Shown one piece after another: positions 17,857 to 31,096 of a DNA stretch of 43,934 nt; the stretch's first letter is position 1, and every line of letters begins with the position of its first letter. The translations under genes were made by a program, and so were the position numbers. The stretch is from a virus (taxonomy: Duplodnaviria > Heunggongvirae > Uroviricota > Caudoviricetes). The DNA is taken from the IMG/VR virus record IMGVR_UViG_2541047848_000002; one strand, given 5' to 3'. The notes under the pieces are model-generated. The model searched no databases and was not told the origin of the DNA. It worked only from the letters and a program-made list of their open reading frames with translations.

Positions 17857-17970
17857 TTGAGTCTCGATATTAGCTGATAACCCAATACCTGAGTTATTCA
17901 CTGACTCCGAGTCTGTTACGTTTCGTAGTATTCCCTCAATTTACACCCGCTTTGTCTGCGAGGTGGGGTT

Positions 17971-18186
17971 ATGAAATCCATGGATAAGTTAACAACGGGT
18001 GTCGCCTATGGCACCTCAGCAGGTAGTGCCGGGTACTGGTTTTTACAGCTGCTCGATAAAGTCACGCCCTCACAGTGGGCAGCAATAGGTGTGCTGGGTA
18101 GCCTGGTATTTGGCCTGCTGACGTACCTGACAAACCTTTATTTCAAGATTAAAGAAGATAAGCGCAAGGCTGCGAGAGGTGAATAA
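17971..18186 (+). CDS. S: Class II holin (pinholin, S21/EssD type)
   Basis: 71-aa ORF with two hydrophobic helix-like segments and dual-start motif MKSM (Met1/Met4); SD GAGGTGGGG; followed by a SAR endolysin. Confidence 0.85.
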
Positions 18187-18683
18187 TGCCTCCATCATTA
18201 CGAAAAGCTGTTGCTGCTGCTATTGGTGGCGGGGCTATTGCTATAGCATCTGTGTTAATCACTGGCCCAAGTGGTAACGATGGTCTGGAAGGTGTGAGAC
18301 ATAATCCTTACAAAGACATAGTTGGTGTATGGACTGTATGTTACGGGCATACAGGAAAAGACATCATTCCCGGTAAAACGTATACCGAAGCAGAGTGCAA
18401 AGCCCTCCTGAATAAAGACCTTGCCACTGTCGCCAGACAAATTAACCGGTACATCAAAGTCGATATACCGGAAACAACGCGCGGCGCTCTTTACTCGTTC
18501 GTCTACAACGTGGGTGCTGGCAATTTCAGAACATCGACGCTTCTTCGCAAAATAAACCAGGGTGATATTAAAGGCGCATGTGTTCAGCTACGGCGCTGGA
18601 CATACGCTGGCGGTAATCAATGGAAAGGACTGATGACTCGCCGTGAGATTGAGCGTGAAGTCTGTTTGTGGGGGAAACAATGA
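18186..18683 (+). CDS. R: SAR endolysin (lysozyme, R21/RrrD type)
   Basis: 165-aa ORF with N-terminal signal-anchor-release segment ([20 protein letters not shown]) followed by a lysozyme domain ([23 protein letters not shown]); start overlaps holin stop. Confidence 0.9.
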   Translation: MPPSLRKAVAAAIGGGAIAIASVLITGPSGNDGLEGVRHNPYKDIVGVWTVCYGHTGKDIIPGKTYTEAECKALLNKDLATVARQINRYIKVDIPETTRGALYSFVYNVGAGNFRTSTLLRKINQGDIKGACVQLRRWTYAGGNQWKGLMTRREIEREVCLWGKQ

Positions 18684-19147
18684 GCAGAGTAACCGCGATT
18701 ATCTCCGCTCTGGTTATCTGCATCATCGTCTGCCTGTCATGGGCTGTTAATCATTACCGTGATAATGCAATCGCCTACAAAGAACAGCGCGATAACAAGG
18801 CCAGTGAACTGGAGAAGGCGAACGCCACCATTACTGACATGCAGCAGCGCCAGCGTGATGCTGATGCACTCGATGATAAATACACGAAGGAGTTAGCTGA
18901 TGCGAAAGCTGAAAATGATGCTCTTCGGCGCAAGCTTGATAATGGTGGTCGGGTGCTCGTCAAAGGAAAATGCCCTGTGCCATCCTCAGCCGAAACCTCC
19001 AGCGCCTCCGGCATGGGCAATGATGCCACCGTCGAACTCTCTCCAGTTGCTGGACGAAACGTTCTCGGTATCCGGGACGGAATTATCCGCGACCAAACAG
19101 CATTGAGAACGCTTCAGGAATACATCAGGACGCAATGCCTTCGATGA
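18680..19147 (+). CDS. Rz: Rz i-spanin
   Basis: ORF 18668..19147; probable ATG at 18680 overlapping R stop (ATGA); N-terminal TM segment then coiled-coil-rich periplasmic domain; contains the nested Rz1 ORF. Confidence 0.8.
   Translation: MSRVTAIISALVICIIVCLSWAVNHYRDNAIAYKEQRDNKASELEKANATITDMQQRQRDADALDDKYTKELADAKAENDALRRKLDNGGRVLVKGKCPVPSSAETSSASGMGNDATVELSPVAGRNVLGIRDGIIRDQTALRTLQEYIRTQCLR
18900..19106 (+). CDS. Rz1: Rz1 o-spanin lipoprotein (embedded in +1 frame of Rz)
   Basis: 68-aa ORF wholly inside Rz in another frame; signal peptide with lipobox VVGC; Pro-rich mature region ([11 protein letters not shown]). Confidence 0.7.
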   Translation: MRKLKMMLFGASLIMVVGCSSKENALCHPQPKPPAPPAWAMMPPSNSLQLLDETFSVSGTELSATKQH

Positions 19148-19321
19148 TAGCGATAATTTTACTCATCATCCTTCACATCTGGCTCTGTAGACAGGGTGGT
19201 GCTCACTTCTGGAGTGAATCCAGATTAAACATCTCATTGCTGATGCTTGATATTGAGCATTTTGCGCGCGGTAAGGGGCTGCGTTGAGATAAGAGCCAGT
19301 CATTACAAATACCAGGATTTA

Positions 19322-19347
19322 GCCTCGCATTCGCGGGGCTTTTTATT
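19322..19347 (+). terminator. Rho-independent terminator after the lysis cassette
   Basis: Stem GCCTCGC/GCGGGGC (one G-U pair) with loop ATTC, followed by TTTTTATT. Confidence 0.5.
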
Positions 19348-19638
19348 GCCATTACAAAAGCCACTTCCTACAGAGTGGCTTTGATAATGGCTTATACCCT
19401 ACACGGGATAACTTAACTGATATCCCTTTTAAAGGATAAAGGTATTCAAGCCTGACACATCATGCGCTGTATCGTCGCCGTATTCCCGTATTAACAGAGA
19501 CCGTAGCCCGACGGGGAACTCCTTCTGCGCGAGTGTGCGGGAATAATCAAAAACGATGCACACCGGGGTTACCGGGTACACATATTTCATCATGCCAGCG
19601 AGTCCGGTTCTGGCACGGAAGAAACCGGACGTTATGAT

Positions 19639-20064
19639 TTAGTGCGGAAATATTTGTGTGGTGTTCTGAATGTTCTCAGTAAAGAGTAATGAATTATCAA
19701 AGGTATAGTAATACCTTTTGTTTTCGTGGATATTTGTAATCCATCTGAAAACCCCTGCTGTAGCAAGATTTTTCCTGTATTCGTAAAATGATAACTCTCC
19801 TGATTTGAATCCTTTTAAGGTGGCTTCTATAAGGCATTTATTTTTTGAAAATCTTACATTTACAACCTTACTCTGTCCTTTTATTAAAACCGTATTATCG
19901 TTTTCAAGAACAAGATGAATATTCTCTGTGGCTAAATAGTAAATGTAATGTGAGACATTGTGACGTTTTAGTTCAGAATAAAACCAGTGATAGTTTAAAT
20001 TATTTCGCACTTTATCGAATATTTGTTTAAAAATGGCAACCTGAGCCATTGTAGTACCTTCCAT
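19639..20064 (-). CDS. Hypothetical protein (lambda right-arm ORF-like), AT-rich
   Basis: 141-aa ORF, about 30% GC, between lysis genes and cos on the opposite strand; I recall equivalent ORFs near the right end of lambda, not verified. Confidence 0.65.
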   Translation of the reverse strand: MEGTTMAQVAIFKQIFDKVRNNLNYHWFYSELKRHNVSHYIYYLATENIHLVLENDNTVLIKGQSKVVNVRFSKNKCLIEATLKGFKSGELSFYEYRKNLATAGVFRWITNIHENKRYYYTFDNSLLFTENIQNTTQIFPH

Positions 20065-20106
20065 GTGATATGAAGGTACCTAGTCTGCACGATTATCTAA
20101 ATTGCT

Positions 20107-20340
20107 TCAATCTGGTCTGACCTGCTTTCTGAGCAATTCAGTAATGTCACTCTTTTCTTTGTTTGCTTCAGGCGAAACTCTTTTTTCTGAGCACAGTCTT
20201 CGGCGGCAGGCTTCAATGACCCAGGCTGAGAAATTCCCGGACCCTTTTTGATCAAGAGCGATGTTAATTTGTTCAATCATTTGGTTAGGAAAGCGGATGT
20301 TGCGGGTTGTTGTTCTGCGGGTTCTGTTCTTCGTTGACAT
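20107..20340 (-). CDS. Small basic protein with possible ribbon-helix-helix-like region
   Basis: 77-aa ORF (MSTKNRTRRTTTRNIRFPNQMIEQINIALDQKGSGNFSAWVIEACRRRL...) 43 bp upstream of the 141-aa gene on the same strand. Confidence 0.6.
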   Translation of the reverse strand: MSTKNRTRRTTTRNIRFPNQMIEQINIALDQKGSGNFSAWVIEACRRRLCSEKRVSPEANKEKSDITELLRKQVRPD

Positions 20341-20539
20341 GAGGTTGCCCTGTATTCAGTGTCACTGATTTGTATTGTCTGAAGTTGTTTTTACGTTAAG
20401 TTGATGCAGATCAATTAATACGATACCTGCGTCATAATTGATTATTTGACGTGGTTTGATGGCGTAGATGCACGTTGTGACATGTAGATGATAATCATTA
20501 TCATTTTGCGGGTCCTTTCCGGCGATCCGACAGGTTACG

Positions 20540-20551
20540 GGGCGGCGACCT
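20540..20551 (+). other. cos: cosN cohesive-end site (GGGCGGCGACCT) with flanking cosQ/cosB
   Basis: Exact 12-nt lambda cohesive-end sequence preceded by ...GACAGGTTACG and followed by CGCGGGTTTTCGCTATTTATGAAAATTTTCCGG..., matching the lambda left end by recall; Nu1 starts about 190 bp downstream. Confidence 0.8.
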
Positions 20552-20728
20552 CGCGGGTTTTCGCTATTTATGAAAATTTTCCGGTTTAAGGCGTTTCCGT
20601 TCTTCTTCGTCGTAACTTAATGTTTTTATTTAAAATACCCCCTGAAAAGAAAGGAAACGACAGGTGCTGAAAACGAACTTTTGGGCCTCTGTCGTTTCCT
20701 TTCTCTGTTTTTGGCCGTGGAATGAACA

Positions 20729-21248
20729 ATGGAAGTCAACAAAAAGCAGCTGGCTGACATTTTCGGTGCGAGTATCCGTACCATTCAGAACTGGCAGGAA
20801 CAGGGAATGCCCGTTCTGCGAGGCGGTGGCAAGGGTAATGAGGTGCTTTATGACTCTGCCGCCGTTATAAAATGGTATGCCGAAAGGGATGCTGAAATTG
20901 AGAACGAAAAGCTGCGCCGGGAAGTTGAAGAACTGCGGCAGGCCAGCGAGACAGATCTCCAGCCAGGGACTATTGAGTACGAACGCCACCGACTTACGCG
21001 TGCACAGGCCGACGCACAGGAGCTGAAAAATGCCAGAGACTCCGCTGAAGTGGTGGAAACCGCATTCTGTACTTTCGTGCTGTCGCGGATCGCAGGTGAA
21101 ATTGCCAGTATTCTCGACGGGATCCCCCTGTCGGTGCAGCGGCGTTTTCCGGAACTGGAAAACCGACATGTTGATTTCCTGAAACGGGATATCATCAAAG
21201 CCATGAACAAAGCAGCCGCGCTGGATGAACTGATACCGGGGTTGCTGA

Positions 21249-21274
<26 letters not shown>
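20729..21274 (+). CDS. nu1: Terminase small subunit Nu1
   Basis: 181-aa ORF (MEVNKKQLADIFGASIRTIQNWQEQGMPVLRGGGKGNEVLYD...) matching lambda Nu1 by recall. Confidence 0.95.
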
Positions 21275-24955
<3,681 letters not shown>

Positions 24956-24975
<20 letters not shown>

Positions 24976-26287
24976 TCTCCCGCATATTGCCAGCATGGCC
25001 TTTAATGAGCCGCTGATGCTTGAACCCGCCTATGCGCGGGTTTTCTTTTGTGCGCTTGCAGGCCAGCTTGGGATCAGCCGCCTGACGGATGCGGTGTCCG
25101 GCGACAGCCTGACTGCCCAGGAGGCACTCGCGACGCTGGCATTATCCGGTGATGATGACGGACCACGACAGGCCCGCAGTTATCAGGTCATGAACGGCAT
25201 CGCCGTGCTGCCGGTGTCCGGCACGCTGGTCAGCCGGACGCGGGCGCTGCAGCCGTACTCGGGGATGACCGGTTACAACGGCATTATCGCCCGTCTGCAA
25301 CAGGCTGCCAGCGACCCGATGGTGGACGGCATTCTGCTCGATATGGACACGCCAGGCGGAATGGTGGCGGGGGCATTTGACTGCGCTGACATCATCGCCC
25401 GTGTGCGTGACATAAAACCGGTATGGGCGCTGGCCAACGACATGAACTGCAGTGCAGGTCAGCTGCTTGCCAGTGCCGCCTCCCGGCGTCTGGTCACGCA
25501 GACCGCCCGGACAGGCTCCATCGGCGTCATGATGGCTCACAGTAATTACGGTGCTGCCCTGGAGAAACAGGGTGTGGAAATCACGCTGATTTACAGCGGC
25601 AGCCATAAGGTGGATGGCAATCCCTACAGCCATCTTCCGGATGACGTCCGGGAGACACTGCAGTCCCGGATGGACGCAACCCGCCAGATGTTTGCGCAGA
25701 AGGTGTCGGCATATACCGGCCTGTCTGTGCAGGCTGTGCTGGATACCGAGGCTGCAGTGTACAGCGGTCAGGAGGCCATTGATGCCGGACTGGCTGATGA
25801 ACTTGTTAACAGCACCGATGCGATCACCGTCATGCGTGATGCACTGGATGCGCGTAAATCCCGTCTCTCAGGAGGGCGAATGACCAAAGAGACTCAATCA
25901 ACAACTGTTTCAGCCACTGCTTCGCAGGCTGACGTTACTGACGTGGTGCCAGCGACGGAGGGCGAAAACGCCAGCGCGGCGCAGCCGGACGTGAACGCGC
26001 AGATCACCGCAGCGGTTGCGGCAGAAAACAGCCGCATTATGGGGATCCTCAACTGTGAGGAGGCTCACGGACGCGAAGAACAGGCGCGCGTTCTGGCCGA
26101 AACCCCCGGAATGACCGTGGAAACGGCCCGCCGCATTCTGGCTGCAGCACCACAGAGTGCACAGGCGCGCAGTGACACTGCGCTGGATCGTCTGATGCAG
26201 GGTGCACCGGCACCGCTGGCTGCAGGTAACCTGGCATCTGATACCAATAAAGAATTACTTAATACACCTGAAGCTTTACCGGTATAA
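24956..26287 (+). CDS. C: Head maturation protease C
   Basis: ORF 24842..26287; probable GTG start at 24956 (TAELRNLPHIASMAFNEPLMLEPAYARVFF...), overlapping the B stop by 20 nt as in lambda. Confidence 0.9.
25670..26287 (+). CDS. nu3: Scaffolding protein Nu3 (in-frame internal start within C); start approximate
   Basis: In lambda, Nu3 is translated in the C frame from an internal start; in-frame ATG at 25670 (MDATRQMFAQ...) is a plausible start. Placement by analogy only. Confidence 0.35.
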   Translation: MDATRQMFAQKVSAYTGLSVQAVLDTEAAVYSGQEAIDAGLADELVNSTDAITVMRDALDARKSRLSGGRMTKETQSTTVSATASQADVTDVVPATEGENASAAQPDVNAQITAAVAAENSRIMGILNCEEAHGREEQARVLAETPGMTVETARRILAAAPQSAQARSDTALDRLMQGAPAPLAAGNLASDTNKELLNTPEALPV

Positions 26288-26296
26288 GAGGCAGTT

Positions 26297-26629
26297 ATGG
26301 CGACAAAAGAAGAGTTTAACCATTACCAGCCGCTGGGTAACAGTGATCCGGCTCATACAGCAATTGCGCCTGGCGGATTGAGTGCGAAAACGCCTGCAAT
26401 GACCCCGCTGATGCTGGATGGCACTACCCGTAAGCTGGTTGTGTGGGATGGCACCACCGACGGTGCAGCCGTTGGCATTCTGGCGGTTGCTGCTGACCAG
26501 ACCAGCACCACACTGACGTTCTACAAGTCCGGCTCGTTCCGTTATGAGGATGTGCTCTGGCCGGAGGCTGCCAGCGACGAGACTAAAAAACGGACCGCGT
26601 TTGCCGGAACGGCAATCAGCATCGTTTAA
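26297..26629 (+). CDS. D: Head decoration protein D
   Basis: 110-aa ORF (...[27 protein letters not shown]...[39 protein letters not shown]) matching lambda gpD by recall. Confidence 0.95.
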   Translation: MATKEEFNHYQPLGNSDPAHTAIAPGGLSAKTPAMTPLMLDGTTRKLVVWDGTTDGAAVGILAVAADQTSTTLTFYKSGSFRYEDVLWPEAASDETKKRTAFAGTAISIV

Positions 26630-26646
26630 TCTTCCCCTTCATCAAC

Positions 26647-26671
26647 AAAGGCCGCCTGTGCGGCTTTTTTT
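26647..26671 (+). terminator. Terminator-like GC hairpin with T7 run between D and E
   Basis: Stem GCCGC/GCGGC (26651-26655 / 26660-26664), loop CTGT, preceded by AAAG and followed by TTTTTTT. Confidence 0.45.
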
Positions 26672-26684
26672 ATGGAAATAATTT

Positions 26685-27710
26685 ATGTCTGTATATACAA
26701 CTGCAGAATTACTGGCATCGACCCAGCATCACTTTAAGTTCGATCCGCTGTTTCTGCGCCTGTTTTTCCGTGAAACCTATCCTTTCACCACGGAAAAAGT
26801 CTATCTCTCACAAATTCCGGGACTGGTAAACATGGCGCTGTACGTTTCGCCGATTGTTTCCGGTGAGGTTATCCGATCCCGTGGCGGCTCCACCTCTGAA
26901 TTTACGCCGGGTTATGTCAAACCCAAGCATGAGGTGAATCCGCAGATGACCCTGCGTCGCCTGCCGGATGAAGATCCGCAGAACCTGGCTGACCCGGCTT
27001 ACCGTCGTCGCCGTATTATTCGGCAGAATATGCTGGATGAAAATCTGGCGATTGCCCAGGTCGAAGAGATGCAGGCAGTTTCTGCCGTGCTTAAGGGCAA
27101 ATACACCATGACCGGTGAAGCCTTCGATCCGGTTGAGGTGGATATGGGCCGCAGTGCGGCGAATAACATCACGCAGTCCGGCGGCACGGAGTGGAGCAAG
27201 CGTGACAAGTCCACGTATGACCCGACCGACGATATCGAAGCCTACGCGCTGAACGCCAGCGGTGTGGTGAATATCATCGTGTTTGATCCGAAAGGCTGGG
27301 CGCTGTTCCGTTCCTTCAAGGCCGTCAGGGAGAAGCTGGATACCCGTCGCGGCTCTCATTCCGAGCTGGAGACAGCGGTAAAAGACCTGGGCAAAGCGGT
27401 GTCTTATAAGGGAATGTATGGCGATGTGGCCATCGTCGTGTATTCCGGACAGTACGTGGAAAACGGCGTCAAAAAGAACTTCCTGCCGGACAACACGATG
27501 GTGCTGGGGAACACTCAGGCACGCGGTCTGCGCACCTATGGTTGCATTCAGGATGCGGACGCACAGCGCGAAGGCATTAACGCCTCTGCCCGTTACCCGA
27601 AAAACTGGGTGACCACCGGCGACCCGGCGCGTGAGTTCACCATGATTCAGTCAGCACCGCTGATGCTGCTGGCTGACCCTGATGAGTTCGTGTCTGTACA
27701 ACTGGCGTAA
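26685..27710 (+). CDS. E: Major capsid protein E
   Basis: 341-aa ORF matching lambda gpE by recall (…FDPLFLRLFFRETYPFTTEKVYLSQIPGLVNMALYVSPIVSGEV...). Confidence 0.97.
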   Translation: MSVYTTAELLASTQHHFKFDPLFLRLFFRETYPFTTEKVYLSQIPGLVNMALYVSPIVSGEVIRSRGGSTSEFTPGYVKPKHEVNPQMTLRRLPDEDPQNLADPAYRRRRIIRQNMLDENLAIAQVEEMQAVSAVLKGKYTMTGEAFDPVEVDMGRSAANNITQSGGTEWSKRDKSTYDPTDDIEAYALNASGVVNIIVFDPKGWALFRSFKAVREKLDTRRGSHSELETAVKDLGKAVSYKGMYGDVAIVVYSGQYVENGVKKNFLPDNTMVLGNTQARGLRTYGCIQDADAQREGINASARYPKNWVTTGDPAREFTMIQSAPLMLLADPDEFVSVQLA

Positions 27711-27751
27711 TCATGGCCCTTCGGGGCCATTGTTTCTCTGTGGAGGAGTCC

Positions 27752-28147
27752 ATGACGAAAGATGAACTGATTGCCCGTCTCCGCTCGCTGGGTGAACAAC
27801 TGAACCGTGATATCAGCCTGACGGGGACGAAAGAAGAACTGGCGCTCCGTGTGGCAGAGCTGGAAGAAGAGCTTGATGACACGGGCGACACTGCCGGTCA
27901 GGAGACCCCTCTCAGCCCGGAAAATGTGCTGACCGGACATGAAAATGAGGTTGTATCAGCGCAGCCGGATACCGTGACTGATACGGCTGATCTGGTCACG
28001 GTTGTGGCACTGGTGACGCTGCATACTGATGCACTTCACGCCACGCGGGATGAGGCTGTGGCATTTGTGCTGCCGGGAACGGCGTTCCGTGTCTCTGCCG
28101 GTGTGGCAGCTGAAATGACAGAGCGCGGCCTGGCCAGAATGCAATAA
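27752..28147 (+). CDS. FI: DNA-packaging/head completion protein FI
   Basis: ORF 27713..28147; probable ATG at 27752 with SD GGAGG (MTKDELIARLRSLGEQLNRD...), matching lambda gpFI. Confidence 0.85.
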   Translation: MTKDELIARLRSLGEQLNRDISLTGTKEELALRVAELEEELDDTGDTAGQETPLSPENVLTGHENEVVSAQPDTVTDTADLVTVVALVTLHTDALHATRDEAVAFVLPGTAFRVSAGVAAEMTERGLARMQ

Positions 28148-28158
28148 CGGGAGGCGCT

Positions 28159-28512
28159 GTGGCTGATTTCGATAACCTGTTCGATGCTGCCATTGCCTGC
28201 GCCGATGAAACGATACGCGGGTACATGGGAACGTCAGCCACCATGACATCCGGTGAGCAGTCCGGTGCTGTGATACGTGGTGTTTTTGATGACCCTGAAA
28301 ATATCAGCTATGCCGGACAGGGCGTGCGCGTTGAAGGCTCCAGCCCGTCCCTGTTTGTCCGGACTGATGAGGTGCGGCAGCTGCGGCGCGGCGACACGCT
28401 GACCATCGGTGAGGAAAACTTCTGGATAGACCGGATTTCGCCGGATGATGGCGGAAGCTGTCATCTCTGGCTTGGGCGGGGCGTACCGCCTGCCGTTAAC
28501 CGTCGCCGCTGA
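28159..28512 (+). CDS. FII: Head-tail connector protein FII
   Basis: 117-aa ORF (MADFDNLFDAAIA...) matching lambda gpFII by recall. Confidence 0.9.
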   Translation: MADFDNLFDAAIACADETIRGYMGTSATMTSGEQSGAVIRGVFDDPENISYAGQGVRVEGSSPSLFVRTDEVRQLRRGDTLTIGEENFWIDRISPDDGGSCHLWLGRGVPPAVNRRR

Positions 28513-28523
28513 AAGGGGGATGT

Positions 28524-29102
28524 ATGGCCATAAAAGGTCTTGAGCAGGCCGTTGAAAACCTAAGCCGTATCAGCAGAACGGCGGTGCCCGGTGCCGCCGC
28601 AATGGCCATTAACCGCGTTGCTTCATCCGCGATATCGCAGTCGGTGGCACAGGTTGCCCGTGAGACAAAGGTACGCCGGAAACTGGTAAAGGAAAGGGCC
28701 AGGCTGAAAAGGGCCACGGTCAAAAATCCGCAGGCCAGAATCAGGGTTAACCGGGGGGATTTGCCCGTAATCAAGCTGGGTAACGCGCGGGTTGTCCTTT
28801 CCCGCCGCAGACGTCGTAAAAAGGGGCAGCGTTCATCCCTGAAAGGTGGCGGCAGCGTGCTTGTGGTGGGAAACCGTCGTATTCCCGGCGCGTTTATTCA
28901 GCAACTGAAAAATGGCCGGTGGCATGTCATGCAGCGTGTGGCCGGGAAAAACCGTTACCCCATTGATGTGGTGAAAATCCCGATGGCGGTGCCGCTGACC
29001 ACGGCGTTTAAACAGAATATTGAACGGATACGGCGTGAACGTCTTCCGAAAGAGCTGGGCTATGCGCTGCAGCATCAACTGAGAATGGTAATAAAGCGAT
29101 GA
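28524..29102 (+). CDS. Z: Tail completion protein Z
   Basis: 192-aa ORF (MAIKGLEQAVENLSRIS...) matching lambda gpZ by recall. Confidence 0.9.
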   Translation: MAIKGLEQAVENLSRISRTAVPGAAAMAINRVASSAISQSVAQVARETKVRRKLVKERARLKRATVKNPQARIRVNRGDLPVIKLGNARVVLSRRRRRKKGQRSSLKGGGSVLVVGNRRIPGAFIQQLKNGRWHVMQRVAGKNRYPIDVVKIPMAVPLTTAFKQNIERIRRERLPKELGYALQHQLRMVIKR

Positions 29103-29494
29103 AACATACTGAACTCCGTGCAGCCGTACTGGATGCACTGGAGAAGCATGACACCGGGGCGACGCTTTTTGATGGTCGCCCCGCTGTTTTTGATGAGGAA
29201 GATTTTCCGGCAATTGCCGTTTATCTCACCGGCGCTGAATACACGGGCGAAGAGCTGGACAGCGATACCTGGCAGGCGGAGCTGCATATTGAAGTTTTCC
29301 TGCCTGCTCAGGTGCCGGATTCAGAGCTGGATGCGTGGATGGAGTCCCGGATTTATCCGGTGATGAGCGATATCCCGGCACTGTCAGATTTGATCACCAG
29401 TATGGTGGCCAGTGGCTATGACTACCGGCGCGACGATGATGCGGGCCTGTGGAGTTCAGCCGATCTGACTTATGTCATTACCTATGAAATGTGA
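29099..29494 (+). CDS. U: Tail terminator protein U
   Basis: 131-aa ORF overlapping Z stop; lambda gpU by recall and position. Confidence 0.9.
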   Translation: MKHTELRAAVLDALEKHDTGATLFDGRPAVFDEEDFPAIAVYLTGAEYTGEELDSDTWQAELHIEVFLPAQVPDSELDAWMESRIYPVMSDIPALSDLITSMVASGYDYRRDDDAGLWSSADLTYVITYEM

Positions 29495-29501
29495 GGACGA
29501 T

Positions 29502-30242
29502 ATGCCAACACCAAATCCTCTGGCACCGGTGAAAGGGGCCGGGACCACACTGTGGGTTTATAACGGGAGCGGTGACCCTTATGCGAACCCGCTTTCAGAC
29601 GTTGACTGGTCGCGTCTGGCAAAAGTTAAAGACCTGACGCCCGGCGAACTGACCGCTGAGTCCTATGACGACAGCTATCTCGATGATAAAGATGCAGACT
29701 GGACTGCGACCGGGCAGGGGCAGAAATCTGCCGGAGATACCAGCTTCACGCTGGCGTGGATGCCCGGAGAGCAGGGGCAGCAGGCGCTGCTGGCGTGGTT
29801 TAATGAAGGTGATACCCGTGCCTATAAAATCCGCTTCCCGAACGGCACGGTCGATGTGTTCCGTGGCTGGGTCAGCAGTATCGGTAAGGCGGTGACGGCG
29901 AAGGAAGTGATTACCCGCACGGTGAAGGTCACCAATGTGGGACGTCCGTCGATGGCAGAAGATCGCAGCACGGTAACAGCGGCAACCGGCATGACCGTGA
30001 CGCCTGCCAGCACTTCGGTGGTGAAAGGGCAGAGCACCACGCTGACCGTGGCATTCCAGCCGGAAGGCGCAACCGACAAGAGCTTCCGTGCGGTGTCTGC
30101 GGATAAAACAAAAGCCACCGTGTCGGTCAGTGGTATGACCATCACCGTGAAAGGTGTTGCTGCAGGCAAGGTCAACATTCCGGTTGTATCCGGTAATGGT
30201 GAACTTGCTGTGGTTGCAGAAATCACCGTCACCGACAGTTAA
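29502..30242 (+). CDS. V: Major tail tube protein V
   Basis: ORF 29472..30242; probable ATG at 29502 ([20 protein letters not shown]...), 246 aa; C-terminal Ig-like domain; lambda gpV by recall. Confidence 0.9.
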   Translation: MPTPNPLAPVKGAGTTLWVYNGSGDPYANPLSDVDWSRLAKVKDLTPGELTAESYDDSYLDDKDADWTATGQGQKSAGDTSFTLAWMPGEQGQQALLAWFNEGDTRAYKIRFPNGTVDVFRGWVSSIGKAVTAKEVITRTVKVTNVGRPSMAEDRSTVTAATGMTVTPASTSVVKGQSTTLTVAFQPEGATDKSFRAVSADKTKATVSVSGMTITVKGVAAGKVNIPVVSGNGELAVVAEITVTDS

Positions 30243-30257
30243 TCCGGAGAGTCAGCG

Positions 30258-30680
30258 ATGTTCCTGAAAACCGAATCATTTGAATATAACGGTGTGAGCG
30301 TCACGCTTTCTGAACTGTCAGCCCTGCAGCGAATTGAGCATCTCGCCCTGCTGAAACGACAGGCAGAACAGGCGGGATCCAGTCTCAATCGACAGGTGAG
30401 CGTGGAAGATCTCGTCAGAACCGGTGCTTTTCTGGTGGCGATGTCCCTGTGGCATAGCCATCCGCAGAAGACAAAGATGCCGTCCATGAATGAAGCCGTT
30501 AAACAAATTGAGCAGGAAGTGCTTACCACCTGGCCCACAGAGGCAATTGCTCAGGCTGAAAATGTGGTAATGCGTCTGTCCGGTATGTCTGAGTTTGTTG
30601 TGAATGATGCACCTGAACAGGCAGATGACGCCGGGCCAGCAGAGCCTGTTTCTGCGGGAAAGTGTTCGACGGTGAGCTGA
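30258..30680 (+). CDS. G: Tail assembly chaperone G
   Basis: 140-aa ORF matching lambda gpG by recall; contains the slippery heptamer G GGA AAG (30656-30662) near its 3' end. Confidence 0.9.
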   Translation: MFLKTESFEYNGVSVTLSELSALQRIEHLALLKRQAEQAGSSLNRQVSVEDLVRTGAFLVAMSLWHSHPQKTKMPSMNEAVKQIEQEVLTTWPTEAIAQAENVVMRLSGMSEFVVNDAPEQADDAGPAEPVSAGKCSTVS

Positions 30681-31096
30681 GTTTTGCCCTGAAACTGGCG
30701 CGTGAGATGGGGCGACCCGACTGGCGCGCCATGCTTGCCGGGATGTCATCCACGGAGTATGCCGACTGGCACCGCTTTTACAGTACCCATTATTTTCATG
30801 ATGTTCTGCTGGATATGCACTTTTCCGGGCTGACGTACACCGTACTCAGCCTGTTTTTCAGCGATCCGGATATGCATCCGCTGGATTTCAGTCTGCTGAA
30901 CCGGCGCGAGGCTGACGAAGAGCCTGAAGATGATGTGCTGATGCAGAAAGCGGCAGGGCTTGCCGGAGGCGTCCGCTTTGGCCCGGACGGGAATGAAGTT
31001 ATCCCCGCTTCCCCGGATGTGGCGGACATGACGGAGGATGACGTAATGCTGATGACAGTATCAGAAGGGATCGCAGGAGGAGTCCGGTATGGCTGA
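30258..31096 (+). CDS. GT: Tail assembly chaperone G-T fusion via programmed -1 ribosomal frameshift at 30656-30662
   Basis: Slippery sequence GGGAAAG at the end of G; the -1 frame is open from 30662 to 31096 (T region) and ends just after the H start; same architecture as lambda gpGT. Confidence 0.7.

Noticed and set aside
19148-19638. Possible bor lipoprotein gene or pseudogene on the minus strand between Rz and the right-arm ORFs
   Set aside because: Translating the minus strand in all three frames gave only short ORFs with no lipobox and no resemblance to the Bor sequence I recall.
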